This document shows positions 1 to 8,941 of a DNA stretch of 64,000 bases, piece by piece. Position numbers and translations under genes: made by a program. The stretch comes from Candidatus Latescibacterota bacterium. Lineage in GTDB: Bacteria > Latescibacterota > UBA2968 > SICM01. The notes beneath the pieces were generated by a model. It worked only from the letters and a program-made list of their open reading frames with translations. It was not told the DNA's origin and made no database searches. The stretch spans positions 2,048,001-2,112,000 of the forward strand of contig CBDCJO010000002.1 of assembly GCA_965217865.1 (NCBI GenBank), given 5' to 3'. Position 1 is the first letter of the stretch. The number at the start of each line of letters is the position of its first letter.

Positions 1-129
1 GTGGGCAAAGATCATCTCGATATAGTCCGCCCACGCCTTGTAATCCACGTGACGCATGACGAAATCATAGATGGCGGCCATTCGGCCATATGGGGGACTG
101 ACAATTTCCCTGAGAGAAGGATCTTTCAT
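1..129 (-). CDS. Class I SAM-dependent methyltransferase, N-terminal part (runs off window)
   Basis: Manual translation from ATG at 129: MKDPSLREIVSPPYGRMAAIYDFVMRHVDYKAWADYIEMIFAH. The Y-x3-A-x2-YD-x2-M-x3-DY-x2-W-x2-Y pattern is typical of YqeM-like methyltransferase N-termini. Not in the supplied ORF track. Confidence 0.65.
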   Translation of the reverse strand, partial: MKDPSLREIVSPPYGRMAAIYDFVMRHVDYKAWADYIEMIFAH

Positions 130-186
130 AGTCTCAGGAGAGAGAAAACCATAGGGGGGAGGGAGGGACCTAAGTTCTAGAACCGG

Positions 187-1473
187 TCATATGCGGACGT
201 CTACGTACATCTTTTGACGCAAATCTTGAATGGTCTTCTCGTAGAGTTTAAGAAGCTTTTCCCGGTGAAGAAGGTTTTCAATCATCCCACGGTCATCGTC
301 GATCTTGAAGATATGCCAGCCGAATTCGGATTTTACCGGACCTCCAACTTCCCCGAGTTTCATCCCAGGGATCAGTTCTGCAAAAGGGGCAGGGGGGGAT
401 GCCCGATCGTAGAGGTTCAAAAATCCTCCGCCCTTGGCCGTCTCGTGATCCGAATGCGCACGTGCAAGTTCTGCAAAGTCCTCTCCCTCGGAAGTCCTGT
501 CCTTCAACTCTTCCGCGAGTTCGTGTGCGGCCTCCTCGTCCTCCTCTGTAGCCTTGAGCAGGATGAGGATGTGTCGCGCCCGAACCTGGTCGCCGGTGTT
601 CGACTCGCACTTTATGATGTGAACCCCGAACGGACTCTCCACGACCTCGCTGATCTCCCCCGGTTTCAAGGCGAACGCCGCCGTTTCGAACTCTGGCATC
701 ATTTTCCCCTTACCGAAAGTACCGAGGTCCCCCCCATCTTGGGCGGAACCCGGGTCCTCGGAGAATTCCCTTGCAAGGACCGCGAAGTTTTCCCCTCCTT
801 TCAACCGCTCCAGCAGTGATTCGATCTTCTTGAGGGCCTCCTCCCGCCTGGTCCCTCCGGCCTTAGGCCTGATCAGAATGTGGCTGATGCCGATTTGAGG
901 GGGAAGGGAATCCCGGTAGGTTTTACGAAATGCCTCCACGTCACGATAGGTCACATTCACCTCGGAGCCCAACCTCCCTTGAACCTTCTGGGCAAGAAAT
1001 TGTTCTTTGAACTGCTTTCGATAGTGGTTTCGAAGTTCGCGCTCCGATGTGTTCTGTGCCTTCAGCGATTCTCGGAAATTCGGATCCGCATCTTTGATTT
1101 GCTGCATCTGGAATCGAACCGCCTCCTCCACCTGCTCACTGTCTACTTCGATCGTATCCTTCTTCGCCTTATAAATTAAAACCTTCGACCGAATCAGAAT
1201 TTCCAGGGCGATTGTCGCGAATTCATCGATATCTCTCTGTTTCAGTTTCGACGGATCGATGCCACGCTGTATGGCCTGGAAAGCCACCTCTTCCCGAACG
1301 TCGGATTCAAGAATGATCTCTTTATCCACAACGGCTACGATCCGGTCCACCGGTTGATACTCTGCTCGGGACACAGACACAACGACCGTGAGGACGACGA
1401 GTGTAAAAATGGCCCAAAAAGACCGGGTGACAGATCGATTCCATCCCTTATGAAAATCCACGAAAACCTCCAT
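187..1473 (-). CDS. surA: SurA-like periplasmic chaperone / parvulin peptidyl-prolyl isomerase
   Basis: Hydrophobic signal followed by VDRIVAVVDKEIILESD (SurA N-domain) and two parvulin domains (SHILI..FAVLAREFSEDPGSAQDGGDLG..SPFGVHII; ARHILI..SEFGWHIFK). Start codon uncertain. Confidence 0.9.
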   Translation of the reverse strand: MEVFVDFHKGWNRSVTRSFWAIFTLVVLTVVVSVSRAEYQPVDRIVAVVDKEIILESDVREEVAFQAIQRGIDPSKLKQRDIDEFATIALEILIRSKVLIYKAKKDTIEVDSEQVEEAVRFQMQQIKDADPNFRESLKAQNTSERELRNHYRKQFKEQFLAQKVQGRLGSEVNVTYRDVEAFRKTYRDSLPPQIGISHILIRPKAGGTRREEALKKIESLLERLKGGENFAVLAREFSEDPGSAQDGGDLGTFGKGKMMPEFETAAFALKPGEISEVVESPFGVHIIKCESNTGDQVRARHILILLKATEEDEEAAHELAEELKDRTSEGEDFAELARAHSDHETAKGGGFLNLYDRASPPAPFAELIPGMKLGEVGGPVKSEFGWHIFKIDDDRGMIENLLHREKLLKLYEKTIQDLRQKMYVDVRI

Positions 1474-1536
1474 GATAGTACCGAAATAATATAACAAATC
1501 GTTTGAAACCTGTCTATGGCGATTTCCCGTGCCTTT

Positions 1537-3474
1537 TCAGATCCGTCCGGTTAAGATGGCGAGAATGGAGCCCACGTTGTTGATTACCGCTTCACCAACG
1601 ACGATCCCCATGAAAAACGGGCGTATCCGGCCGTAGAGGGACGGCCCCCCGTACTTCAACACATTCCGCTTGACGGTCCACGCCATGAACACGCTGAACC
1701 ACCACTGCGGAATGGAGCTTATCGGATATCCGATCGGGTGGACAGGCCACCAGAAGAAGCGCTTCCTGGCAAAAAACAACAACCCCATGACCGCTGCCCC
1801 GATGCCGGACCAGAGAAGCCGGACCGGCTGTCCCTCTGAGGGGCCGGCGATCGCCGGCCCATAATAATTCAGGTGGAAATTCAACTCTGTAATCACGAAT
1901 GAAGTGCTGGAAAAACCGAACGCTCCCAGTTGGTAAACGAAATATAACATCGCCAACGCAGCCGTGCTCCCCCCCAGAAACATGCCGAGCGTCGATAACA
2001 AAAAAAATGCCCTGGGTTTGGGTTCCCGACCCGAAGTAAGCTTCAGCGCCGTCGAGGCGCTTGCCGGCACGTGCGGCCCGTCTCGAGTGGGGAAAGACCA
2101 GGGCTGGGAAAGGAAGAATCCCGCGGTTGTAGTGCCCCCAAGCGTCTGCGTGCCCACCGAGTGGAGTAACACCTGTACCGGACTCAGCGGAGCCTGCATG
2201 ACGACGCCGGACTCTGAGAGAATCCGGGTCATCCCTAAAAACATGGTCATTACCATCACCAGGAAGATCGGGATGACCCACCACGTGATGCCGAGCTCCA
2301 GAAGCCAGAAGGTGATGAACATGGTGCCGCCGATCATTCCGATAACGGCCGTACGATAGGAGAACATCTCGTCCTGGTCGTTCACGTCAGGGGCGGACCT
2401 GAAGGCTTTACGGTAGACATCCTTCAGGTGATGGCGTGCTTCGTAGATGCCGAAGCCGACGAGGACGATCACGGCCCCAACCCCTTCCTGGTGCAGATGG
2501 GTATATTCTGAATAGGGCCCACCTGGATTTCCCAGGATCGGGCTCGCGGAGGTTACGATAAAATAAGCCTGCACAAAGTATATAAGGACAAACAGGATGA
2601 TGCTGCCTAAGATCTCCAGGGAAACCAGGTAGCTGATCCCGAGGACGAGAAAGTTGGCCGATAAGGGCACGTGGATCGAGTTTCGATAAAATCGGGCGAC
2701 ATAGTACAGATTGAACGCGGGAATGAAGGGGACGAACCGATGGCCGATTTGGCACAACCCGATCGAGGCCGGGACAACGAACCCGGACCAAAATATCCCA
2801 TTCCTGAGAAGCTTCGGTTCTCCGGCATCTCCCTCCACGAGCGAGAAAGGGAGCTGTGCCATCGGATACGAAAGCCGTTCTTCCTCCATCCACCGTTTTC
2901 GAAGGATCACCATCAGGGACATCAGCGTAACGTAAAATGAGGCTAGAAACACCCCCCACGCGAACAAAGGTCCGATCCATGCCCTGAAAGGAATCCTTCC
3001 TTCGGACCCCAAGCCCTCAAAGAAGCCCTTCGCCGCTCCGTGATCCTTTATGACCAGACCGTCGGGAAGGAGGGGAACCACAACGCTTTCCCACCCATTC
3101 TCCGGAGTTGCATAGAAGACGAATCCGGCAAGGTGAGGAAGCAAGTTCGAAACCACGCCTTTGGTCGAGACCGCCGATGCCATCAGCAGCATGGAAAACA
3201 CCGCCATAAGCTCGCGGGGTCTCAATCCCTCCCGGACCAACCCGATCCGTTTGAGCATGTTACCCGCAAGGATCAACAGGAACAGAAGAAACAGGGCGCC
3301 GGTGCAGAACCCGTTCTGGGTCAAGCTCAAGATCCCGCCGATGGCCTGTTCGGAAACCGACAGAAACGCCAGTAATATACAGAGCGTGGAGCCGATTAAG
3401 CCCGCACGGACGGTGACGCCCGAAAGGCCTGCGTCGGACCCCTGCTTTGCTTTATGCTGTTCCGTGTCGCTCAC
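1537..3474 (-). CDS. DUF6785/DUF6784-like polytopic membrane protein (putative transporter), copy A
   Basis: 645 aa with many hydrophobic helices. Motifs ILRKRWMEEERLSYPMAQLP, FFWWPVHPIGY and LKYGGPSLYGRIRPFFMG are characteristic of this family. Paralog of 8942-10885. Confidence 0.8.
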   Translation of the reverse strand: MSDTEQHKAKQGSDAGLSGVTVRAGLIGSTLCILLAFLSVSEQAIGGILSLTQNGFCTGALFLLFLLILAGNMLKRIGLVREGLRPRELMAVFSMLLMASAVSTKGVVSNLLPHLAGFVFYATPENGWESVVVPLLPDGLVIKDHGAAKGFFEGLGSEGRIPFRAWIGPLFAWGVFLASFYVTLMSLMVILRKRWMEEERLSYPMAQLPFSLVEGDAGEPKLLRNGIFWSGFVVPASIGLCQIGHRFVPFIPAFNLYYVARFYRNSIHVPLSANFLVLGISYLVSLEILGSIILFVLIYFVQAYFIVTSASPILGNPGGPYSEYTHLHQEGVGAVIVLVGFGIYEARHHLKDVYRKAFRSAPDVNDQDEMFSYRTAVIGMIGGTMFITFWLLELGITWWVIPIFLVMVMTMFLGMTRILSESGVVMQAPLSPVQVLLHSVGTQTLGGTTTAGFFLSQPWSFPTRDGPHVPASASTALKLTSGREPKPRAFFLLSTLGMFLGGSTAALAMLYFVYQLGAFGFSSTSFVITELNFHLNYYGPAIAGPSEGQPVRLLWSGIGAAVMGLLFFARKRFFWWPVHPIGYPISSIPQWWFSVFMAWTVKRNVLKYGGPSLYGRIRPFFMGIVVGEAVINNVGSILAILTGRI

Positions 3475-3532
3475 GAGGAAAACTCAACCGTTCCAGATAA
3501 TAGGATCGCGCACTGAGACAATCCTGTACGGT

Positions 3533-5680
3533 TCACAAATGCGAGGGCTTCCGGGCGGGGGACTCCTGGAAATCGTTCTCAGGTACGCCCACGCCCAGGC
3601 GGGCCCAGTCGATTTGCCGGAACATCAAAGGGAGAAAATCTCGCCCCGCCTTCAGCTTGTAGATGCGCACATCGTTGGCCGGCACGCCGCAGCGCAGGGC
3701 CCCGTCCTCGATCCCCGCCTCCGAGTGCCCCAGCCACCCCTCGAACGATTGGATTTCTTCTCCCCTGATAATCACCCTGCCTTCCCACGGAAGATCCGGC
3801 GAGTTGTTGCAAAGCGTCACGATAAGTTCATCCTCTCGATCCGTCACGTTGACCGCATAGGTGATCGGACGCCCCGATATCTCCACCAGGTTCAGGTCCG
3901 CGAAAAGTCCCGCAATGACGTGTGTAACCCCATTGAGAAACCTGTGGCGTTTCTCCTCCGCCCCCCAGCCTTGAACCGTAACCAGGAAGACGCTCCCCTT
4001 TCCGGCCCGATTTCGAATCACCAGCGGATCGCCTTCCGGAGTCTTGAGCAGGACCTCCCCCGTGGTTTCCCGGGCGCTCCGATATTGGAATGGTTCCTCT
4101 TGGAATGCCCTTTGATCCCACGATACGATCTCACCCGAAAAAGACCGCACTACCCCTTCGACTTCTGCCCCTGACAGGGATGCGGGAATGTCCGCCCACT
4201 GTTCCGTCCCGACCACGAGAATCCCGCCGCCTTCGACAAACTCCGTCAGGCGCCCCGCAAGGCCGTCTCGCGCCTCCACCTGAATCTCCCCAAGCAGGAC
4301 TGCCGCCCGATATTTCTCCAGACAGCCGGCCGACGCATTGGACAGAATCACCTCGAACAAGTCCCCGAACGGTGTATTCGTGATGTAGCCACGTTCGTCC
4401 CGGTAGTAGCTCGCAAGCTCATAATCCGGATAGACCCACCGGAAGAAGTTATCGATCTGATAGTCCAGACGTGAATACGGAATGTTTCCCCAGACATGGT
4501 CCTCGTCCCTTCGATAGTGATGTCGCGGTGGATTCCAACCGTGATCATAGTCCAGGATCAGGGCCACGGGCATGTAAGGCGTTCCCCTTACTGGGTGGTC
4601 CACCGCGAACTCCTGTCCCTCCACGTGGAGGCGCCCCATAGGCGTCAGGTTGGCCTCCAGCAGCCCCCAACCCGGTTGGTTCAGGCCCCCGACCATGATG
4701 AAAGGCTCATAGTCCCCGCTCGTCTTTCCATCGTACCGGGTCTGATTGAAGATTCCGGCCGAGAAAAACAGAACCGAGGTCCCGTACATATATCCCAGGT
4801 ACCACTCCCGCTTGCTCAGCCCTTCGCTCGGACCATAGTCCGGTCCGCTGATGCCGTCCCCCGACGTCACGTTTCGTCCGTCTCTCGAGTACCATTTCTG
4901 TCCCCAACGGGACGAGGGAGAGATGCTGACCGCAGTGAGCAAATCGTACTGTTTGGAGGCCCCCCGGCAAAAGGACCAGAGCAGGGTGTCCGACGGCAAC
5001 GACTCCTCCGCCTCGATCCCCAGCATCCGGGCCCCGTGCTCGGCCGCGTAGTGACAACCGTAGCCCAGAGAACTGATCGAGACCGCGTGGTGATAGGTCA
5101 GCGAATAGAACACGTCCAGGACGCGGTCATATTCCTGGTGGGCCCGGGACCGAGATCGGTCCGGAGAGGGCTCCTGGCGCATCCCGCTCAGGTCCACGTA
5201 GGGACCCTCCCCCCAGCACCATCCGCTTGTGTATCCCCCGTCCAGCTCCGAGTCGCCCTTCATTCCGATGTACTTCTCCCCAAAAGTCTCCACGAGGAAC
5301 TCGTGGAGCATCCGCTTCTCATCCTCCGGAAGCCTGTAATCCACACCGATGTTCTGAATGTAGATCCCGGCGTCGGCCAGCTTCTTCAGATTCTCTCGCC
5401 AGCCCGGGTGGAGCCTGCCGTCGTTCGTCTTATAAAAATACCTGGAGTAGATCTGGATCGTAGAGGCCAGCTTATATTCGAGCAGGGCCTGCAGGCAGGC
5501 CTGGGAGTCCGGATGTTTCATAAAGATCGCGGTGCGGAAATCGCACTTGAACTCCTCCCGGGTCAATGGCTTGTGTTTACACGCTTTGTAGTGTTCGCCT
5601 TCCTCGGGAACCACCGGACGGTTATAAATTGGTCTGAGACTGAGGCCAGGTTCACTCTGAGGGACGTTGCCTTTTTTCAT
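3533..5680 (-). CDS. Uncharacterised glycoside-hydrolase-like protein (family A, copy 1)
   Basis: ATG at 5680 has a GGAGGAG RBS and an ATGA overlap with the upstream gene. Motifs GDSELDGGY, LGYGCHYAAEH, FCRGASKQY and VALILDYDHGW are shared with 16601-18724. The C-terminal LTEFVEGGGILVV segment resembles beta-galactosidase trimerisation/GATase-like domains. No signal peptide. Confidence 0.6.
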   Translation of the reverse strand: MKKGNVPQSEPGLSLRPIYNRPVVPEEGEHYKACKHKPLTREEFKCDFRTAIFMKHPDSQACLQALLEYKLASTIQIYSRYFYKTNDGRLHPGWRENLKKLADAGIYIQNIGVDYRLPEDEKRMLHEFLVETFGEKYIGMKGDSELDGGYTSGWCWGEGPYVDLSGMRQEPSPDRSRSRAHQEYDRVLDVFYSLTYHHAVSISSLGYGCHYAAEHGARMLGIEAEESLPSDTLLWSFCRGASKQYDLLTAVSISPSSRWGQKWYSRDGRNVTSGDGISGPDYGPSEGLSKREWYLGYMYGTSVLFFSAGIFNQTRYDGKTSGDYEPFIMVGGLNQPGWGLLEANLTPMGRLHVEGQEFAVDHPVRGTPYMPVALILDYDHGWNPPRHHYRRDEDHVWGNIPYSRLDYQIDNFFRWVYPDYELASYYRDERGYITNTPFGDLFEVILSNASAGCLEKYRAAVLLGEIQVEARDGLAGRLTEFVEGGGILVVGTEQWADIPASLSGAEVEGVVRSFSGEIVSWDQRAFQEEPFQYRSARETTGEVLLKTPEGDPLVIRNRAGKGSVFLVTVQGWGAEEKRHRFLNGVTHVIAGLFADLNLVEISGRPITYAVNVTDREDELIVTLCNNSPDLPWEGRVIIRGEEIQSFEGWLGHSEAGIEDGALRCGVPANDVRIYKLKAGRDFLPLMFRQIDWARLGVGVPENDFQESPARKPSHL

Positions 5681-6930
5681 CCGCTTTCTCCTCCCGGCTC
5701 GTAGAGCCACGACACCGGCAGTGCCACCAGTTTGGAATACACATCCCGAGCCCCCATAATACTGATGTTTTCCTTCCAACCGGACTCCGGATGCAACGCG
5801 TGAACGTTGTAGGAGAACAGAATCAGATCATCTACGAATTCGATGTTCGGGTAATCAAAACACCCGAAGTCCTTCGGGATCTCGCCCACATCCTCCCGGG
5901 AATGATAGTGGCCGATCGGAGGGGGTTCAATCTTTTCGACATCCGGCAGGGCCGTGACCTCCAGCGTCTTGTGTTTTGTCCACGTCCTTCCTTTGTCCTC
6001 TGAGATGGCCACGGACAACCGGGACCGTTTCAGCCCGCGTTGGATCTCCTCGGCGCTGACCTGGTTCCAGACCACCACAAGATCACCCGTGGAGGGAATG
6101 CGTGCTACGTAACACGGTGAGCCTGAGGCGGCCAGATCGGTGGGTTGCGGTATGGACCATTGCACGCCCCCGTCTTCCGAAAGACACGAGTAATGCCTGC
6201 CGGTCACCGTTCTGCAAAGCATCAGGAGGCGGTCATCGTCCGTCTCCACGATCACACCTTCCCCCATCGGAGAGTGGTCGCTGCAACTTTCCCCCGGCGG
6301 AATCGGCCAGACCCAGAGGTTGTTAGGGCTCGATCGCCACGACTGTCCCAGGTCATCCGAGTAGTAGACAATCGTTCCGTAAAACTCGGGAGTATGGTCG
6401 TGCCCTTCGACGAGCATCCTGCGGCCTTGAAACCATCCGTATCCCCCCCGAAATGAGTGCCCCTCCCCTTCACCCCGGTACTCCGGGTGTGCATAGTCCG
6501 CCACGTCCCAGTCAACCGGTAGAATCAGCCGCCCGCTGCGCAGTTGAAACAAGCTGTTCCTCACCCCCTGTAAGACATCGCCCGGAGCGCCCACCCGGAT
6601 GCCCGTTGACCATGTCAAACCCCCGTCATCTGATGTGACGAAAAACATATCAGGCCACAAGCGATGGGGAAATCGTTCCCTGAGCGCTTCGTCATACCTC
6701 CGGCATATGCCGGCCAGGTTCCCCGATGATAGGAGCTTCACGGATTGAAACTTTCCCTCCAGTGGCGATCCGTCCTTTCGGCAAGGCTGCACCGGCTCGC
6801 TCCACGTCCGCCCGCCGTCTTCGCTGTGCGATACGTGGCCGCCATCTGTGCCGAACAGACGGGAGTCATCCAGCCGAACCACAAAACGGTGGGGGACATC
6901 GCGCACCTCAAAAACCTTCGGAACATCCAT
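5677..6930 (-). CDS. BNR/Asp-box beta-propeller sialidase-fold protein (His-insert subfamily, copy 1)
   Basis: Five Asp boxes (SEDGGRTW, SDDGGLTW, SDDLGQSW, SEDGGVQW, SEDKGRTW) and a C-terminal FDYP. AAGGAGG RBS upstream of the ATG at 6930. Confidence 0.85.
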   Translation of the reverse strand: MDVPKVFEVRDVPHRFVVRLDDSRLFGTDGGHVSHSEDGGRTWSEPVQPCRKDGSPLEGKFQSVKLLSSGNLAGICRRYDEALRERFPHRLWPDMFFVTSDDGGLTWSTGIRVGAPGDVLQGVRNSLFQLRSGRLILPVDWDVADYAHPEYRGEGEGHSFRGGYGWFQGRRMLVEGHDHTPEFYGTIVYYSDDLGQSWRSSPNNLWVWPIPPGESCSDHSPMGEGVIVETDDDRLLMLCRTVTGRHYSCLSEDGGVQWSIPQPTDLAASGSPCYVARIPSTGDLVVVWNQVSAEEIQRGLKRSRLSVAISEDKGRTWTKHKTLEVTALPDVEKIEPPPIGHYHSREDVGEIPKDFGCFDYPNIEFVDDLILFSYNVHALHPESGWKENISIMGARDVYSKLVALPVSWLYEPGGESG

Positions 6931-7000
6931 AGAATAGAGCCTCCTTAGAGCCTTACAATCCAACTTCTACGCCAAATGCTTACTTATTTTTTTGTTGAGA

Positions 7001-7600
7001 GTAAACCACCCCGCCCAAAGGGCGGGGCATTAACCACTCCCATCCCCAAACAGATCCAACTGTAGGGGCCCTTTCTGCTCTTGACGATGATACCGAATAT
7101 ATTGCTCAATCACTTCAGAAGTCACCTTGTCGCCTACGGTGCGGGCAAAATAACCATCTTCCCAGAATTCTCCACCCCATAACTCCCGTTTCACCTCTGG
7201 ATGTTCTCGGAAGACCCCGCTGCCCGAAATACTCTTCAAAATGCCCACTACCTTAGAAATCGAATACCGGGGAGGAAACGACAAGAAAATATGCACATGA
7301 TCTTCGGCCACTTCCATCTCTTGGATGTCAAAACCAAAATCCTCTGCTATCCGATGAAACAGCTTGCCCACATACTCTCGAAGGTCACCTCGCAAAATCC
7401 ATTTCCGATACTTCGGTGCCCATACCAGAGGATACTGGCTATCATAGACTGCGTGACTGGTCCGTCGGAGTCCCATCGTATGCCTCCTGAGTCGATATGA
7501 GTCTCAGTGGTCTGCACACGATAAGACAGCCTTTTAGCTTGCCTTCGGCAAGCTAAACTTTTCCTCCCCTTCCAAAGGAAGGGGTATCCAAGTCCAAATA
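7001..7600 (-). mobile_element. IS200-type (IS200/IS605 family) insertion sequence, tnpA only
   Basis: tnpA is flanked by matching subterminal hairpins: CCCCGCCC-aaa-GGGCGGGG at ~7009-7027 (minus strand ends ...GGTGGTTTAC) and CCCCTTCC-aaa-GGAAGGGG at 7566-7584. A further hairpin TTAGCTTGCC-ttc-GGCAAGCTAA lies at ~7534-7556. The left boundary is approximate. Confidence 0.85.
7030..7476 (-). CDS. tnpA: IS200/IS605 family Y1 transposase TnpA
   Basis: LVWAPKYRK, HUH motif EDHVHIF, LWGGEFWEDGYFARTVG and catalytic-helix YIRYH. GGAGG RBS. Confidence 0.95.
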   Translation of the reverse strand: MGLRRTSHAVYDSQYPLVWAPKYRKWILRGDLREYVGKLFHRIAEDFGFDIQEMEVAEDHVHIFLSFPPRYSISKVVGILKSISGSGVFREHPEVKRELWGGEFWEDGYFARTVGDKVTSEVIEQYIRYHRQEQKGPLQLDLFGDGSG

Positions 7601-7658
7601 CTTTCATGAAGGCAGCCAAACCCGCGAAGGGGAATTTGACACTTTCAACCGACCTTCT

Positions 7659-7711
7659 CCTCTCCCGGCACCCGGGAGAGGGGTGCCGAGCTTGCGAGGC
7701 GGGGTGAGGGG
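7659..7711. repeat. REP-like palindromic element (CCTCTCCC...GGGAGAGG...GGGGTGAGGG type)
   Basis: CCTCTCCCGG-cac-CCGGGAGAGG stem followed by GGCGGGGTGAGGG, a common extragenic palindrome architecture. Confidence 0.6.
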
Positions 7712-7778
7712 GCACGACGGAATGCGAAAATATCATATCACATTCCGAAAAACTTCTACACAAAATGGCAACTCAAAA

Positions 7779-7856
7779 TGTCATGCTGAGCCGAAGGCGA
7801 AGCTTTGTCCTGAGCGGAGTGGCCGGTCTTTGGCCACGGAGTCGAAGGGGATCTCG
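7779..7856. repeat. Nested REP-like elements (TGTCATGCTGAGC...GAAGC/ATCTC with inner TGTCCTGAGC...GTCGAAGG unit)
   Basis: Two related TGTC(ATG/C)CTGAGC starts 27 bp apart and an internal GTGGCC/GGCCAC hairpin. A similar unit occurs at ~48224-48250. Confidence 0.5.
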
Positions 7857-7893
7857 GTTTTTTTGGTTGCGGCTGAACGAAGCGACCGGACGC

Positions 7894-8718
7894 CTAACCG
7901 TTCTGTTTGACGGATGTGACCCATTCTGTGCTGATCGGCGGTTCGCCGCTTTCGACGAAGCGTTCGATGGTGTTCTTTCTCGCCGGAAGTGTCAGGAAAT
8001 CGGCCATCCACGGCTCGCGGAAATAGGCCTGCTTCTCCCGAGGCAGCCCGGCCAGCACCTCCGGAGGAACCTGGAGCCGATGCCAGTGCGTGGCAAGGTG
8101 CGCGTAGGCATGGAGCACCGCGATGCGAGGTGTATCCCGTTTCCATTCCGGACCTGCGTGACAGACATTCTCCGTGAAGAAGAGCGCGCTCCCCGCCGGA
8201 CACTCATAGTTCACGAAGAAATCGCTTCTCTTCCTCTCATCCCACGACGTATGATCCGGATGCATGGGGAAATTTACCTTATGGCTGCCTGCGATGAAAC
8301 ACGTGCCCCCATCCCCTTTGCCCACATCGGTAAGTTCAAAGATGACCCGCACCATGCCGGCGTAAATCTGCCCGTTCTGCACCCGGTAGCCGAAGATGGG
8401 ATTCGTCTGCTGGGGGCCTCCGCCGTGAAAGACGCCGGCCGACTCCCCCTTCGTGCGCCAGATGCACCCGCAACTCTCAAGTCGAATTTGCCCTCCGATA
8501 ATCTCTTGGAGCACATCGATGACCTTCGGATGGTCGATCAGGATGCTGGCGGGCCCTCCCGGCACCGCGCGATGCCCCGGGGGAAGGGATTCGGGGTTAT
8601 GCTTGATGCGATCGATCTGGTCGACAACCTCGGCGATCTCATCAGAAGTCAGAATCGCGGGCCGCACAAAAAATCCGGCCAGGTCAAAACGGAAACGCTC
8701 CTCATCGGTCATAGCCAT
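7894..8718 (-). CDS. PhyH-family Fe(II)/2-oxoglutarate enzyme with HxG (non-canonical) iron motif
   Basis: MTDEERFRFDLAGF start, FHGGG, DGGTCFIAGSHK and PAGSALFFTENVCHAG..R jelly-roll motifs. GGAGAGGAG RBS before the ATG at 8718. Confidence 0.85.
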   Translation of the reverse strand: MAMTDEERFRFDLAGFFVRPAILTSDEIAEVVDQIDRIKHNPESLPPGHRAVPGGPASILIDHPKVIDVLQEIIGGQIRLESCGCIWRTKGESAGVFHGGGPQQTNPIFGYRVQNGQIYAGMVRVIFELTDVGKGDGGTCFIAGSHKVNFPMHPDHTSWDERKRSDFFVNYECPAGSALFFTENVCHAGPEWKRDTPRIAVLHAYAHLATHWHRLQVPPEVLAGLPREKQAYFREPWMADFLTLPARKNTIERFVESGEPPISTEWVTSVKQNG

Positions 8719-8789
8719 GGCTTTACAGCTCCTCTCCTTCAATGGCGTCGGCGTATGGCGTCCTTCGCCTTTAGCCTCCTCGACAGGGA

Positions 8790-8940
8790 CGCCTCTGTCT
8801 CCTGTATTCTGTATTCTATATTCCGGTGGGATGGGCGGAGGAGACTTCCCCTGACCTCCGACCTTTAACCTGACTACCGGTTTTGACTTTCCTGGCCCCT
8901 GACCTCTGACCTCCGACGCCTGCCTTTCGCATTTTCCATT
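8790..8940. repeat. Degenerate heptameric tandem repeats in intergenic region
   Basis: CTGTATT-CTGTATT-CTATATT; CTGACCT-CCGACCT-TTAACCT; CTGACCT-CTGACCT-CCGACGC; CATTTTC units. Confidence 0.6.
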
Positions 8941-8941
8941 T

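Noticed and set aside
6960-7030. tnpB/omegaRNA (IS605-type) cargo
   Set aside because: The tnpA stop abuts the right-end hairpin, leaving no room for tnpB.
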